NCBI GenBank assembly: GCA_964016885.1
Contig: OZ024764.1
Location: forward strand, 22,072,001 to 22,136,000
Length of the DNA: 64,000 nt
Origin: Eledone cirrhosa
Taxonomy: Eukaryota
Direction: 5' to 3'
The notes beneath the pieces were generated by a model that searched no databases, was not told the DNA's origin, and saw only the letters and a list, made by a program, of their open reading frames with translations. Position 1 is the stretch's first letter, and each line of letters starts with the position of its first letter. Of the stretch, positions 1 to 12,077 are shown in pieces. Both the position numbers and the translations under genes were made by a program.

Positions 1-1770
1 AAGAAACCAGGTATCCCCACTACAAGATACTTTGTTCTGAGTGTAGAATCTGACTGCATTTCCAATAGTTCCATCTGCAGGCATTCTTCTGCCTTCATCA
101 AAGGTGAATGGTGCTGAGAATAATGTAAACTGATGTTCAAAAAATGAGAAATCACAAAATCTTTCTTGAAATTTCTTTAACAACAATTCCAGGTGACTGT
201 CATACTTAGCTAAGCTAAATACAGACTCAGTATTGGCAGTGTTTTTCAGCTCTTTGCACATAGGGAAATGAACTAAATTTTCAGCTGACAACGGAGATTT
301 CCATAAGCTTAGTTTTCTAATGAAGCACTTGATGTCATCATTCAACTGATTGATGGGTTTGTTTTAACCTTGTACTTTCAAATTAAGATCAGTTAATTGT
401 GCAGTAATATCCACAGCAAAAATCAGGTGTTGGAGCCAACCTTCATCTTTTATTTCATCTGTGTTTTGACCTTTCACCTCCAAAAACATAATTATTTCAA
501 CAAATAGAATCTTTTCAGCACTTTGTGACATGTCAACCAGCAGACTTCTGTGTAGAATGGAACATCGGTGAACTGATTATCCATATCTTCCAACAACTGG
601 CTGAACTGACGGTGGTTGAGAGCACGGCCTCTGATTTAGTTCACTGTCTTTGTGACCAAGCTAAGCACATGATGCAATTTTAAAATCTTTGAACATAAAT
701 TTTGCTGATGAATAATACAGTGAAAATGTGCAAATGATGAATCTAGATATGAGGTTTCTATTTTTGTTTGTAACTTGGCAGCAACACCATTATGCCTACC
801 AACCATATTTGCAGCACTGTCAGTAGATAAACATACAAGTTTACTCAGATCAAAACCATGCAGACCCTGCTTGACCTTCTCAAAGATGTCCTGGCTTGTT
901 ATATTGTCATGCATGGGAACCAGTTCAATCAGTTCTTCATAAATATTAAATTCACTGTCACAGGCCCTGATGAAGAATGCAAGTGATGTCAACAGTCTCT
1001 TCAATAGCAATAGAAACATGTTCAAACCTTGTTGATACAGCTTTTAACTGTTGTTTCAGATCACCTGACATTTCATTAATCTGTTCAGCAACAGTGTTCC
1101 TGGTTAATGAAATGTCTTTGAATAACTCTGCTTTCTCTGGACAATTTCAGCTGTTTTTACAAGACATTGCTTTACAAAATCTCCTTCACTCTAAGATTTC
1201 CCACTCATGGCAATCATTCGACTGAGTTCATAGCTTGCAGTAACAGAAGTGACATTCTCTTCCTGAATTAACATAAAACAGGTCTGTTGCTGTGTCAAGT
1301 TAACCTTCAATTACTTGAGTCTTGAAACACACATTGGGGCTTCATATTTATCGTAAGATCGAGGGTTTGTTTCATAATGTCTTTTTAAATTGTACTCTTT
1401 TGGCGTGGCGATGTAGTTGTTGCAAATGAAACAGTGTATCTTTCTGTTCACCATTGGGCAAAAATACTGTAATTCCCACTTTTCTTGAAACACTTGCCCT
1501 TCTTCGTTCAATTTCCTTTTTCTCTTAGCTGGAGGAGCACTAACCATTTCAAAAACAAAAACTTTTGAAATTTTGAAAGAAAGTTTTCTGTTAATGAACT
1601 GCACGTGATTAATGGAAGTTAAAAGTAGTTGACAAAAATTGCACAAAAAAAACAATTGTATCGAAAAATTTTTAAATTTTATATTACGAAAATGAAACAT
1701 GTTCCCACTGTAAAAACCTTTGTGTGGGCCGCAGGTTTGCTTGCAAAGGGCCGCATGTTTGACATGTCTG
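1..1770 (-). mobile_element. hAT DNA transposon (SPIN/GTF2IRD2-like transposase), decayed, runs off the window start
   Basis: Minus-strand ORF pieces (FQEKWELQYF, KEYNLKRHYET, LSTDSAANMVG, HCIIHQQNLC) broken by stops and frameshifts. Terminus reads CAGACATGTCAAAC on the minus strand at 1770, followed by ATGTAGGT, the TSD seen in the copy at 32812-34857. Confidence 0.85.
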
Positions 1771-1779
1771 ATGTAGGTT

Positions 1780-2350
1780 ACCAACACGAGGGAGTGCAGC
1801 ATGTCCTTCAATGTCTTCTGCTACATTAACTACCAGGAGGTCACCACATGACACAGAGATTACATTTCAAAGAAGGGTCACAAAAGAACTAAATACAAAA
1901 GTACCCACAATTCAGCAAAAAGCAAATAATTGAGCTTTGGGTCTAGGTTAAGGGGGCAGAAGTGCTGTGCCCTGTGGACAAGACTACAAAAGTATCCCCC
2001 CCCCACCCGGTCGATGGACAGTTACACCCACTGCAACAGCCACCCCAACCTCATGGGACACCCTCTTCAAAAGGGCCACCGACGTTCTGATCTTACAGAG
2101 GAGCTTGGCAGTACGGGGTCCAAGTACTTCTGAGGTCTCGATGGTGACCGGTGTGAAGAGACCTACCTACAATTGATGTCATCCCAGTTATTTTGGACTG
2201 CAATATACTGGGGTATAGAGAGGCCTTAACCTGTCACAGCCGGGCCACCCAGGGTAGTGTCATCTAGGTACCAGACAGGGGTGACTAGACCATGTTGTCA
2301 ACTGTCAGCACCAATAGGAGTGAGGCGAGTGGGTCCCCTTGCTAGACACC
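1780..2350 (-). mobile_element. Degenerate CRE-clade non-LTR retrotransposon RT fragment
   Basis: The reverse complement of ~2230-2350 translates to GV*QGDPLASLL and WYLDDTTLGGP, matching the GVQQGDPIG and W*LDD motifs of the CRE element at 23.6-23.7 kb. Confidence 0.6.
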
Positions 2351-2889
2351 ATATATAAAAACGTCTTTGCTAATTACTTTAATGAATAATTTGTTTCATA
2401 CGTAATTATTACTTTTAACACAATAGGATTGTGTACACGTGTTTGTTTGAAAACATCTTTCAAAGAAGTATGAGACAGTCTTTTGCAGTCTTCTGGAGTT
2501 GCGACCGATAGATAGTATTAGCTATTGGAAAGACCAATGGAAACATTGTTTCCTCGGTCAGATTTGACTAAAAGTCGATCATTAAAAAAATATATATTTA
2601 TATATAGAGATATAGAGAGAGAGAGAAACACACAAACGTACACTACTGTAAAACATATGTAAGGGTAGACAACTCTCGTTACATCCCCGCTTTTTTTTAT
2701 ATACGTCCTTAAAATACTTTGTTCAATGGAACCTGCTTTATTTTGTGTCCTAAGTAGATTTCTGTTTAAGTATTTACGAGATTCACAATGATTCACGTAA
2801 CCAAGTTACTTACATAGAGATATATTTCACATAGAATCACAACAAATGAAAATATTAAGTCAACACTCTGTCAATCAGTCTCACATCAC

Positions 2890-3080
2890 ATGGGGTGCCG
2901 GAGTCTCCTTCTAATACTTTCTGAGACAGTCTTACCTCGAGTGATAGCAAGGCTAAGATGTTGGAACTACCAAACACCCTCATATGTATCACCTGACACC
3001 TCGGTAAGGAGTGCTGCCAACGATAACAAGAACCTCGTTGTCAGGGACCTATCTCCTCCAAACTTCTCCAACACCACAGA
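2890..3080 (-). mobile_element. CRE C-terminal (endonuclease end) fragment
   Basis: Minus strand reads LLSLAALLTEVSGDTYEGVW*FQHLSLAITRG, homologous to the end of the CRE ORF at ~24980-25110. Repeated at 19180, 35957 and 51341. Confidence 0.7.
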
Positions 3081-3289
3081 CTAGAATATTCTACTCTTTA
3101 TTCCCTATCAAATATATTTCAGTCTAGTCATTTGTCTTGTATCTTGTATATGTATAGTGATGTTTTTCGTCTCCCTCCCACATCCTACATGCTGTAGTAA
3201 AAGTGTGGGTCACTGCTTCTGTAGACGAACGAAATAAAAGTTAAACTACCAGTAATTATCGGTAAAGTATTTATTCCAGTCTGTGATGT

Positions 3290-3460
3290 TTGAGAAGCTG
3301 GGCTGCTGACAACGAAGTTGTTGTCACTGTTGGCAGCTGGCTTTACCGAAGTACCCGATGACTCTTGTGAGGGTACTTAGCTGTTCTGGCGGTTTAGCCC
3401 CCATATGACCCGATCTTACCGAGATACCCGGTGATCTCTGTAAGAGTACTTAGCTGTTCT
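3290..3460 (+). mobile_element. CRE C-terminal fragment, plus orientation, with ~62-bp internal repeats
   Basis: Reads KLLSLLAAGFTEVPDDSCEGT*LF, like the CRE end. Longer repeat runs occur at 19670-19865 and 36445-36715. Confidence 0.55.
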
Positions 3461-3540
3461 ATTTTAATTACATTTACTGTTTTCAACTTTATTTTTTTTT
3501 ACTACAAACTTTACATAATTTAATTCGGTAAAAATATTTT

Positions 3541-3684
3541 TACGTCACAAAAAAACTTGACCTTTAACATTGAAGCATGCGCAGTGGTGCAGTTGTCGAC
3601 TTCCTGTCCACGTGTTAGTCTTCCTACAACATCATTTAGAAAACATTTCTGTAAATACTAAACACCTGAGACTATAATGTAAGT
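3541..3684 (+). promoter_or_regulatory. Putative promoter and non-coding exon 1 of ZNF gene 1
   Basis: TACGTCA (CREB/ATF-like), GCATGCGCA (NRF1-like), CTTCCTGT (ETS) and CACGTG (E-box) lie within ~75 bp, followed by a GTAAGT donor at 3679. Conserved in all three cassettes. Matching acceptor TTTCAG at 11610. Confidence 0.55.
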
Positions 3685-3904
3685 ATTATGTCTATTAATA
3701 TTGTAGATTTAAGCTCACTCCTCACATCACAAATATATATTTTCTTGTTTGTTTCATTACTGGAAATATAAAATGTTATCGTAATTATCTATATTTTACC
3801 TACCTCTAATTAATTAAGGTGAAAACTTTTGTTGTTGCTGAAAAATAAATTAACAAAACTAAATATTTAAATATTCTAAAGGTCGTTTTTATATTATGTG
3901 ATGA

Positions 3905-4557
3905 TATAATTAATATATTTTATTACAATTGTATAAGTTTACAGTAGAATAACGTTGTAAATATGTTTTAAATATATACATAAATAACATAAGTGTGTAA
4001 ATAACATTATAAATTGCTGGCAATTCCTTGAGAAAGACATTACAAATATATTGTCTAAACTGTGTATAATAATATAATTTATTGAACAATAATGATAAAG
4101 GAAAGAAAAACACAGTGGGAGATGGCAATTGACCACCAAGTGTGATAATAGGTCACACCTCACACCTTTGGGGTTAACTACACACTTTGAGGCAAGCCAA
4201 CACACTGGCAGCATTACTAAGGTGTTGAAATAACCAGGTACCCTCACGGGTATCACCTGACACCTCGGTAAGGCGAGGCTAAGGTGTTGAAATAACCAGG
4301 TACCCTCACGGGTATCACCTGACACCTCAGTAAGGTGTGGCTAAGGGGCTGAAATAACCAGGTACCCTCACGGGTATCACCTGACACCTCGGTAAGGTGA
4401 GGCTAAGGTGCTGAGATAACCAGGTACTCTCACGGGTATCACCTGACACCTCAGTAAGGTGTGGCTAAGGTGCTGAAATAACCAGGTACCCACACGGGTA
4501 TCACCTGACACCTCGGTAAGGTGAGGCTACGGTGCTGAAATAACCAGGTACCCTCAC
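3905..4557 (-). mobile_element. CRE 3' end (C-terminus plus 3' UTR) carrying a 62-bp minisatellite
   Basis: Reverse complement shares TATATATTTAAAACATATTT..GTTATTCTACTGTAAA with the CRE 3' UTR at 25270-25315 and encodes NAASVLACLK. Confidence 0.7.
4217..4557. repeat. 62-bp tandem minisatellite, ~5.5 copies
   Basis: TAACCAGGTA recurs at 4231, 4293, 4355, 4417, 4479 and 4541. The unit encodes TEVSGDTREGTWLFQHLSL on the minus strand. Confidence 0.9.
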
Positions 4558-4915
4558 GGAAACGACTAGATTTGTAGAAAAAGTAGGGTGAAAGTATACG
4601 AAGAGATGTAGTTTCACAGATCTACTCACACCTCACGTTGGGTGGGAAATAATTATTTTTCTTAGATTTTTTTCTAGACCCCTTTTCAATATTTTTTCTG
4701 AACCCCTTAGATACTTGCAATAGACGTTTTATTCCCCAGTATTAGGGTTAGGGTTTCCGTTTTCAGGAAGAAAAGTCGATTGCAAACATCTAAGAGGTCG
4801 AGAAATAAAAATAAGGAAAGATAATTATTTCCCAGCCAACTGGAGAAGTGTGTAGCTCTTCTAAACTTTGATAATCCTGTCTCCCACTTCTTTATCTACA
4901 AATCTAGTCGTTTCC
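4558..4915. mobile_element. Foldback/MITE with long inverted arms
   Basis: GGAAACGACTAGATTTGTAGA at 4558 is inverted at 4895-4915. Inner inverted blocks at 4638-4663/4812-4840 and 4703-4725/4775-4799. TTAGGGTTAGGG in the loop. No TSD seen. Confidence 0.7.
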
Positions 4916-5044
4916 TGCTACTTTCAAGGCCCTATTTATTGATAACACCACTTGTAAATCTTTGTCAACTTTTCATACGTAAATTGTGAATCAGTTATTT
5001 TTAAACAAACTATCAAAGAAGTGATCTCACAGTAACTGTGTTTG

Positions 5045-5260
5045 ATTTAATCAACTTATTCCCCCCAAACATTGTCGACCTTGTGTCTAAATCAGAAACT
5101 ATTATTAGATCTTAAATCAACCCCGTAAAGATGAAGGGCAAAGCTAACCTCGGCGGGATTTCAACCCTTTATGTTATGAGTTCAAATCCCACCAAAGTTA
5201 ACTTTGTCTTTCATTCTAACGGGGTGGATAAATTAAATTTCCAATAATCTACCGGGGTCT
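5045..5260. mobile_element. tRNA-derived SINE fragments in inverted arrangement
   Basis: B-box-like GAGTTCAAATCC at 5178. Bases 5119-5166 are the reverse complement of ~5178-5226. Copy at ~38170-38392. Confidence 0.5.
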
Positions 5261-5461
5261 GAGATATTAACGTTTGAGTAGATTCTATCTTTTGTGTGTT
5301 TGTATTTATAATCTTACTAGAACACCTGTGACCTGTTGGGTCACGTTCCCTTTAAAAATAATTTTTAAATAATTAAAATATACACAGACATGTATATAAT
5401 GTAAAATGAAATTATTAGGCCCATATATATATAATTATATATATGCGTGTGTGTGTATATA

Positions 5462-6291
5462 CAGGGTGTGAACGATATTTGTTCGCAATTTTCAGCTGCT
5501 AAATTTATGCAAATTTTTTTTACTTCCGTTGTCACTCTTGTCTTCATAAAAACAGTGACTATATTTCCATTATTTATTTTCCGAATAATTGATTATGAAT
5601 AATCTTGAACCTCCAAATTCTTGGAATCCGCGCCTGGAGGACAAATAAGGACCAGAAGATCAACTCCCAGAACAACAGGTGGCTCGCTGTCTCATTCAAA
5701 GACCTGCCCAGAGTCATGAAGACAAAGTTTCCAGCGACAACATTGGTCTTTGGTGTCATCAGCAGTCAAGGTGACGTCAAGCCACCTCACTTCTTCCCTG
5801 AGGACCTCAAGCTGAACACCGATGGCTACATCCACGTTCTGAGCGAGGTAGTAAAGCCCTGGATCGACCAGGTAGCTGCAGGTAGGCTGTACGTGTGGCA
5901 GCAAGACCCAAGCCTGGCTGTCAGAGAACTTTGTCGACCACACTTCACCTGACATCTGGCCTCCCAGCTCGCCTGACTGCAATCCCCTCGACTTCTTTGT
6001 GTGGGGCGCAGTGGAACGAGACACCAACAGATGTAGCTGATATACGAAAGACGATCTAAAGGCCAGGATCACAAGTGCCTTTAGGGGCCTAAGTCGGAGG
6101 ACAGTGACGAAGGCCTGTAGCTGGTTCCGAGGCCGTCATCAAAGCCAATGGCGGGTTTATGGAGTGAGATCGAAAGAACAAGTCATGAAGACAAACTGAC
6201 AGAAGTTTGATAAATATATCTTAAAAAATAAAACTACTGTCTTACTTTTTCCTAGACAGTAATCTTGCGAACAAATATCGTCCGCACCCTG
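5462..6291 (+). mobile_element. Tc1/mariner-superfamily (DDxD, maT-like) internally deleted element
   Basis: 27-bp TIRs CAGGGTGTGAACGATATTTGTTCGCAA / TTGCGAACAAATATCGTCCGCACCCTG flanked by TA. Transposase remnant VFGVISS..YVWQQD and WPPSSPDCNPLDFFVWG. Present only in cassette 1. Confidence 0.9.
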
Positions 6292-6399
6292 TATATATGT
6301 GTGTGTGTCTGTGGCCTTAATACCCTAGTCACAGACACACACACACACACACACACACACACAAGTAATAATTTCGTTCAACAACATGAGGGCGTGGGG

Positions 6400-7520
6400 G
6401 CATATTGTCTATATGCTTCAGCTTCAGCTTGTACCCGTGGGGTGGTCGGGTCTTCTGTATTACTGCATGACGCCAGAGGTCACGGTCGTGTGTCATCGCC
6501 TTTGAGAGGTGTAATTGGGTAAGGTCGGCTTTTATCACCTCATCCCAGGTCTTCTTGTGTCTCCCCACTCCCGGGCTTCCATCGACTTCTAGTGCACTGC
6601 ACCTTTTTATGCAGCTGTCATCCTTCATACGCATCACATGTCCATACCAACGCAACCGCCTCTCCTGCACACAGCATTTGATTCCTCTTATGCTCAGTCT
6701 CTCTCTCAATTCGTTTCTGCTTTGCCGTTCACGTATATTACTATTACACATCTAACAGAGCATGCAGGCTTCCTTTCTTTCTAATCTACGTAAGTCTTCC
6801 ACCTTCAGCACCCAGGTCTCACTACCATGCAACATTGCTGTTTGTATGCACGCATCATACAGTCATGAACTTCTTCCATCCCATTCTTACCCTAGTTATT
6901 GTACTTTCCGAACACCCACCACCGCTCCTAATTCAGTCACCTAGGTAGCAGAAGCTGTCTACTGTTTCTACAGAGCCCTCTCAGTGATTGGTGGTACTTA
7001 TTTCCTGTGGCTGTTTGCTGCTTGCTGTCCCAGCACAACTGCTACATGTGAAGCATGCTACATTCTTAATTAAGCTTCCCGAGATCCCGCTACATCTCTT
7101 GTGTACCCATTGTTTGTATTTGGGGCAGAGGACGGAGTTCCTACCTACACCTTTCCCACATACTAAGCAAGGCCATTTCCCTGAGGGGATCTGGGTTCTG
7201 CTTTCTCGCCTACTTACAAAGACATTAGTCTTTGTCAGGTTGACTTTGAGACCCTTTCTTTCTAGTCCCTGCTTCCAAGTTTTGAATTTCTTCTCTAGTT
7301 CTACCATAGAGTCAGCTATAAGTGCGAGGTCATCAGCATACAGGAGTTCCCATGGGCATCCGGTCTTAAACTCCTCCGTTATTGCCTGCAGAACTATGAT
7401 GAACAGGAGAGGGCTAAGAACAGAGCCCTGGTGGACACTGACCCGTATGCTAAATTCCTCTCTCTAGTCATTGCTAATGCTAACTCTGCTGACTGCTCCC
7501 CTATACATAGCTGGTACAGC
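6400..7520 (-). mobile_element. RTE LINE 3' fragment
   Basis: Minus ORFs with ERRLRWYGHVMRM and GKWPCLVCGKG..WVHKRCSGI, homologous to the RTE at 40213-43470. Confidence 0.85.
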
Positions 7521-7676
7521 TTTCACATTTCGGGGTCAACTTCCTTTCAAACTATTTTCCCATTATGCCCCGTTTTAGCTGTATTACATTAGAGACAAGA
7601 CACAATCACAGAGTTTTAGGTTTATAATGTTATAGTATCATGATAGGGTAATACAGTTATTTATAGACCTGTGGTA

Positions 7677-7903
7677 AATGTTGGTTCAGTACACCCTGGG
7701 GGATGTTAGTGTTGGTTCAGTCCACTCTGGGGGGTGTTAGTGTTGGTTCAGTCCACCCTGGGGGGTGTAAGTGTTGGTGCAGTCTACCCTGGGGGGTGTT
7801 AGTGTTGGTTCAGTCCACTCTGGGGGGGTGTTAGTGTTGGTTCAGTCCACCCTGGGGGGTCTAAGTGTTGGTTCAGTCTACCCTGAGGGGTGTCAGTGTT
7901 GGT
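7677..7903. repeat. ~31-32-bp G-rich minisatellite, ~7 copies
   Basis: Repeating TAGTGTTGGTTCAGTCCACCCTGGGGGGTGT. Confidence 0.85.
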
Positions 7904-7944
7904 CAATGATAACCTTTATAACTAGAGGCCTGTTGGTGAGGACA

Positions 7945-8340
7945 AGCTGGAAGTGGTGACATCTTTCTGCTACCTGTGTGACATGTCAGCTGGAAGTGGA
8001 GCCAAGTTCACTGCCATCGTGCTGTGCCACTCCACAGGTAACAAGTTTAGGCAGCTTCTCCTAATCCTCAAGACATGCTGGCTACCATTAGACACCATGG
8101 GGCAGGTTTATAACACCTGTGGGAGAAGTGTGTTGTTTCATGCCAGCGAGACCTGGGCCATGTTATCTGACTGTCTGAATTGACTCTGAAGAAATGACAG
8201 AGCTATGATCCACTGGATGTGTAGTGTGACCATTGAGGATGATGTCAGCTCAACTGAGCTCCTAAAAAAACTGCTGATCGACAACCTCAAGGATGTGTTT
8301 CACAGGAGACACATGCACTGGTATGGCCATGTTGTGCATT
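7945..8340 (+). mobile_element. Degenerate RTE LINE fragment
   Basis: Reads SFCYLCDM..GQVYNTCGRSVLFHASETWA and WYGHVV. Confidence 0.7.
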
Positions 8341-10540
8341 CTCTCTCAACTCATCTATGCTTGGTCGTTGATGCACATTGACATTGCACATCCAACGGAG
8401 CGTACTTGCATCATTTCTCTCCAGACATCGCATATCCTCCACAGTTGCTGTCCATGTCTCACTACCATGCAGCATCACACATCTCACGCAGGCATCAACA
8501 GCCATTCGTTCTTAGAGAGAAACCCTTCTTTGTCCACAGAGGAAGCAGCTCCCTAAACTTCTTCCAACCCGTCCTTATTCTAGATACTATGGCCTCTGGG
8601 CACCCTCCTCCCATGCTAATTTAATCACCTAGATACCGGAAGCTATCAACCACTTCTATAGAACCTATCTGCATTTGAAAAAATGTGTCTATCACTGCGA
8701 CTTCTACTGTCAAATTTCCCTGTACATCTACTGCATATGTATTTTTCCCTACCTGTTAGTTTGCCTGCTATCCCACTACATTTCTTGTGTACCCAAAATC
8801 TGCATTGTGTACATTATAGAATTTATGCCAGTTGCTTTTCTACATATTGAACAAGGCCATTTCCCTGATGGAATGACAGTTTTGTCCTCACTAAACTCCA
8901 GTTTTGTTCCTCACTAAACTCCATGCCTACCCTCACTTTACTGACAGCCCATCTATACATAGCTTGCACTGTCCTCACAAACTATTCCTCTACACCTAGT
9001 TTCCTTAGGGACCACCAGATGACAGATTGGGGTACACTATCAAAGGCCTTCTCTAGTTCAACAAAAACTAAGTATAGTGGTTTTCTTCTCTAAGAACCTC
9101 TCTTGTAGTTGTCTCACTAAGAAGAGGGCATCTGTTTGACTCTTTCTCTAAGTTGCGCTAGTATTCTTTCTGTCACTTTCATAACCTGATCCATCAGTTT
9201 TATACCCCTATAATTACTCCCCTCCAGAACATCCCCTTTACCTTTACCTCAATTTATGAGAATACTGCTGCACCAGTCTTTGGGTATGACACCACCATAT
9301 ATAGCTTGATTAATGATGCATGCAACCAGTTTAATTCCTACTTCTCTTGATGCCTTCAGCATCTCAGCAACTATCCCCAACAGTCCAGCGGACTTAACAT
9401 TTTTCATTTCCTTAATTGGACCCTATAGTCGTCAATCTCAATAGCTGGTCCTTCTGTCGGGTCTACTGAAGGTAGTTCCCCTCCTATTCATTCTCCACAT
9501 TCATCAGTCTCTCATAATGACATTTCCAGGCCTCCCTTTTTTTGAGAATCAGTGACACTAAGTGCACCAACATCCTGATTTACACTGACACACTGCCTTG
9601 CAATGTGGATCACCGTACATCTCTGATCTCCCCATCGCAGGACATTGGCAAACCTTCTAATCTCAGCCTCCCTGCATGTTAAGTAAACCTGACATCTAGC
9701 TTCTCTCTTAGCGGCTGTGAATCGGTCTCTAACCCTACCATTTTTCCAAGCCTTTTGTCTCTAATGGCTCTATCCACCGTGCTGTTCCACCACCAGGTCA
9801 CCCTCTGTCTGGTTGGAACTCTGCTCCAGCCACAAGTTTCTTCAGTAACCTGCAGTAAGTTGTCACGTAAGAAATTCCAGTTATCGTCCATGTCATACGA
9901 CTCTAAATCGTCTTCTTTTTCGTCATACACATCTTGAAGGGCTTTCCTAAATTTATATTTTACTGAAAGGTCTTTTAGTTTCCAGACCTTCCTTTGTCAA
10001 ACCTTCTTGTATGTCTCTCTTTGTCTCTTGCTTACTGAGATATCACTAACGACTAACCTATGTTGGGGGATTACATTGTTCCCTGGGGTATGCCTTAGTA
10101 TTTGACACCATCTGTCTCTCTTGCTACTTAACTAGCAAGAAGTCAATCTGTCTCATGTGCTCCCCTGCTATTATAACTAGATCTCTGTCCTCTGTCATTG
10201 TGGTTATCTCTACTTATTCCTTTTCTACATATGGAGCAGGGCCACTTTCCTGAAGGTGTCAGGGTCTTCTCTCCTATCCATTAGCACTTTAGTTTTGGCT
10301 AAGTATATTCTCAGAACTTACCATTTCAAATTCTATATCTATAGCTGGTCATCTACATAGAGAAGTTTCCATAGACAGCCAGTCTTAAACCTCTCTGTTA
10401 TGGCTTGGAGAACTATGATGAACAACAGTGGGCTAAGAACTAAACCATGATGAACTCCTACCTGTACCTTCAACTCCTCACTAAACACACCTTATTGACA
10501 GCTTCTCACAAGCCATTCTTCTACACCTAGTTTCCTTAAC
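8341..10540 (-). mobile_element. Fragmented RTE LINE (endonuclease-RT pieces)
   Basis: Minus ORFs MLHGSETWTATVEDMRCLERN and DNLLQVTEETCGWSRVPTRQRVTWWWN, close to the RTE at 40213-43470, with many deletions. Confidence 0.8.
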
Positions 10541-10742
10541 CCTTTAGTATGGGCCAAATCTGGCCAGAATTCTCCCACATCTTCTGTTCAAACTGGCCGT
10601 AACTGGTCACTTATACTTATGTTAAGGTATTGTTCTCAAAATAAATAACATCAAAATCTCATAGATTTGATATTATGAGAGATAAAGCATTTACTGTGAA
10701 AATATAATAGTAAATATAGAGTAATGTGAATACTAAAGGGTT

Positions 10743-11465
10743 AATCTAATGTCACTAATAACTACTTTTATCAGTCAGTATAATCTAATGTCACTAATAA
10801 CTACTTTTATCAGTCAGTTTAATCTAATGTCACTAATAACTACTTTTATCTGTCAGTTTAATCTAATGTCACTAATAACTACTTTTATCAGTCAGTTTAA
10901 TCTAAAGTCACTAATAACTACTTTTATCAGTCAGTTTAATCTAATGTCACTAATAACTACTTTTATCAGTCAGTTTAATCTAATGTCACTAATAACTACT
11001 TTTATCAGTCAGTTTAATCTAATGTCACTAATAACTACTTTTATCAGTCAGTATAATCTAATGTCACTAATAACTACTTTTATCAGTCAGTTTAATCTAA
11101 TGTCACTAATAACTACTTTTATCAGTCAGTTTAATCTAATGTCACTAATAACTACTTTTATCAGTCAGTATAATCTAATCTCACTAATAACTACTTTTAT
11201 CAGTCAGTTTAATCTAATGTCACTAATAACTACTTTTATCTGTCAGTTTAATCTAATGTCACTAATAACTACTTTTATCTGTCAGTTTAATCTAATGTCA
11301 CTAATAACTACTTTTATCAGTCAGTATAATCTAATGTCACTAATAACTACTTTTATCAGTCAGTATAATCTAAAGTCACTAATAACTACTTTTATCTGTC
11401 AGTATAATCTAATGTCACTAATAACTACTTTTATCAGTCAGTTTAATCTACTGCCACTAATAACT
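10743..11465. repeat. 39-bp intronic minisatellite (VNTR), ~18 copies
   Basis: Unit AATCTAATGTCACTAATAACTACTTTTATCAGTCAGTTT with single-base variants and no spacers. Confidence 0.95.
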
Positions 11466-12077
11466 AACCTATGTTAGTCAGCACATTCTTCACCAAAGAA
11501 GGCCTTAGTATTTATTACAGTCCATTTATCAATATAGAAATATTATATGAAATTTGTACTGATGTATTACAAGTTTCTGAGTATCTTATAATGTTCTTTT
11601 ATTATTTCAGAATACCAGAGGACATTGGCATTAAAGAGCACGTAACATCAGACATATCCTCAATATTAACCATTTCTAATGAAAGACACTACCCATCATT
11701 TTCAAATAATTTTGAAAACACTCAACACTTTGAAGGGATTTAGTAATATAACTAAATTTCTCAGTATTAAGCTGCTATTTGGAACATAACTTTGCACAAT
11801 TTCATGAAGTTACAATGGAAAGTTTTTAGATAAATATAAAGACTGGTATGAAAAGGATAAAACACTTTTATATTAGTTGTTTCACCAACACCATTATTTA
11901 AAGACTAAAGGAAGCTGTTATACAGAACAGATACAACCTTGTTTATATAAATCTATGGGAGAAATACTGGGAAATGTTTAACATAAAGAAGAAAAATATC
12001 TATATATTGAGAGGAGAAAAATATTAAAACTGAATTATGTGAGAAACTTAGGTGATTGATATTTTTTAGTGGGAGTT

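Noticed and set aside
4742-4753. TTAGGGTTAGGG as a telomere or healed break
   Set aside because: Only two units, inside a MITE loop, and mutated in cassette 2.
10749-11477. 242-aa (MSLITTFISQFNL)n ORF, or a CRISPR-like array (also 26706-27161)
   Set aside because: A 39-bp unit that happens to lack a stop in one frame. There are no unique spacers or cas genes, the context is eukaryotic and intronic, and it is deleted in cassette 3.
11471-11743. 90-aa ORF conserved in cassettes 1 and 2 (27155-27427) as a separate gene
   Set aside because: It straddles the predicted intron/exon boundary, has no recognisable domain, and its conservation is explained by the recent duplication.
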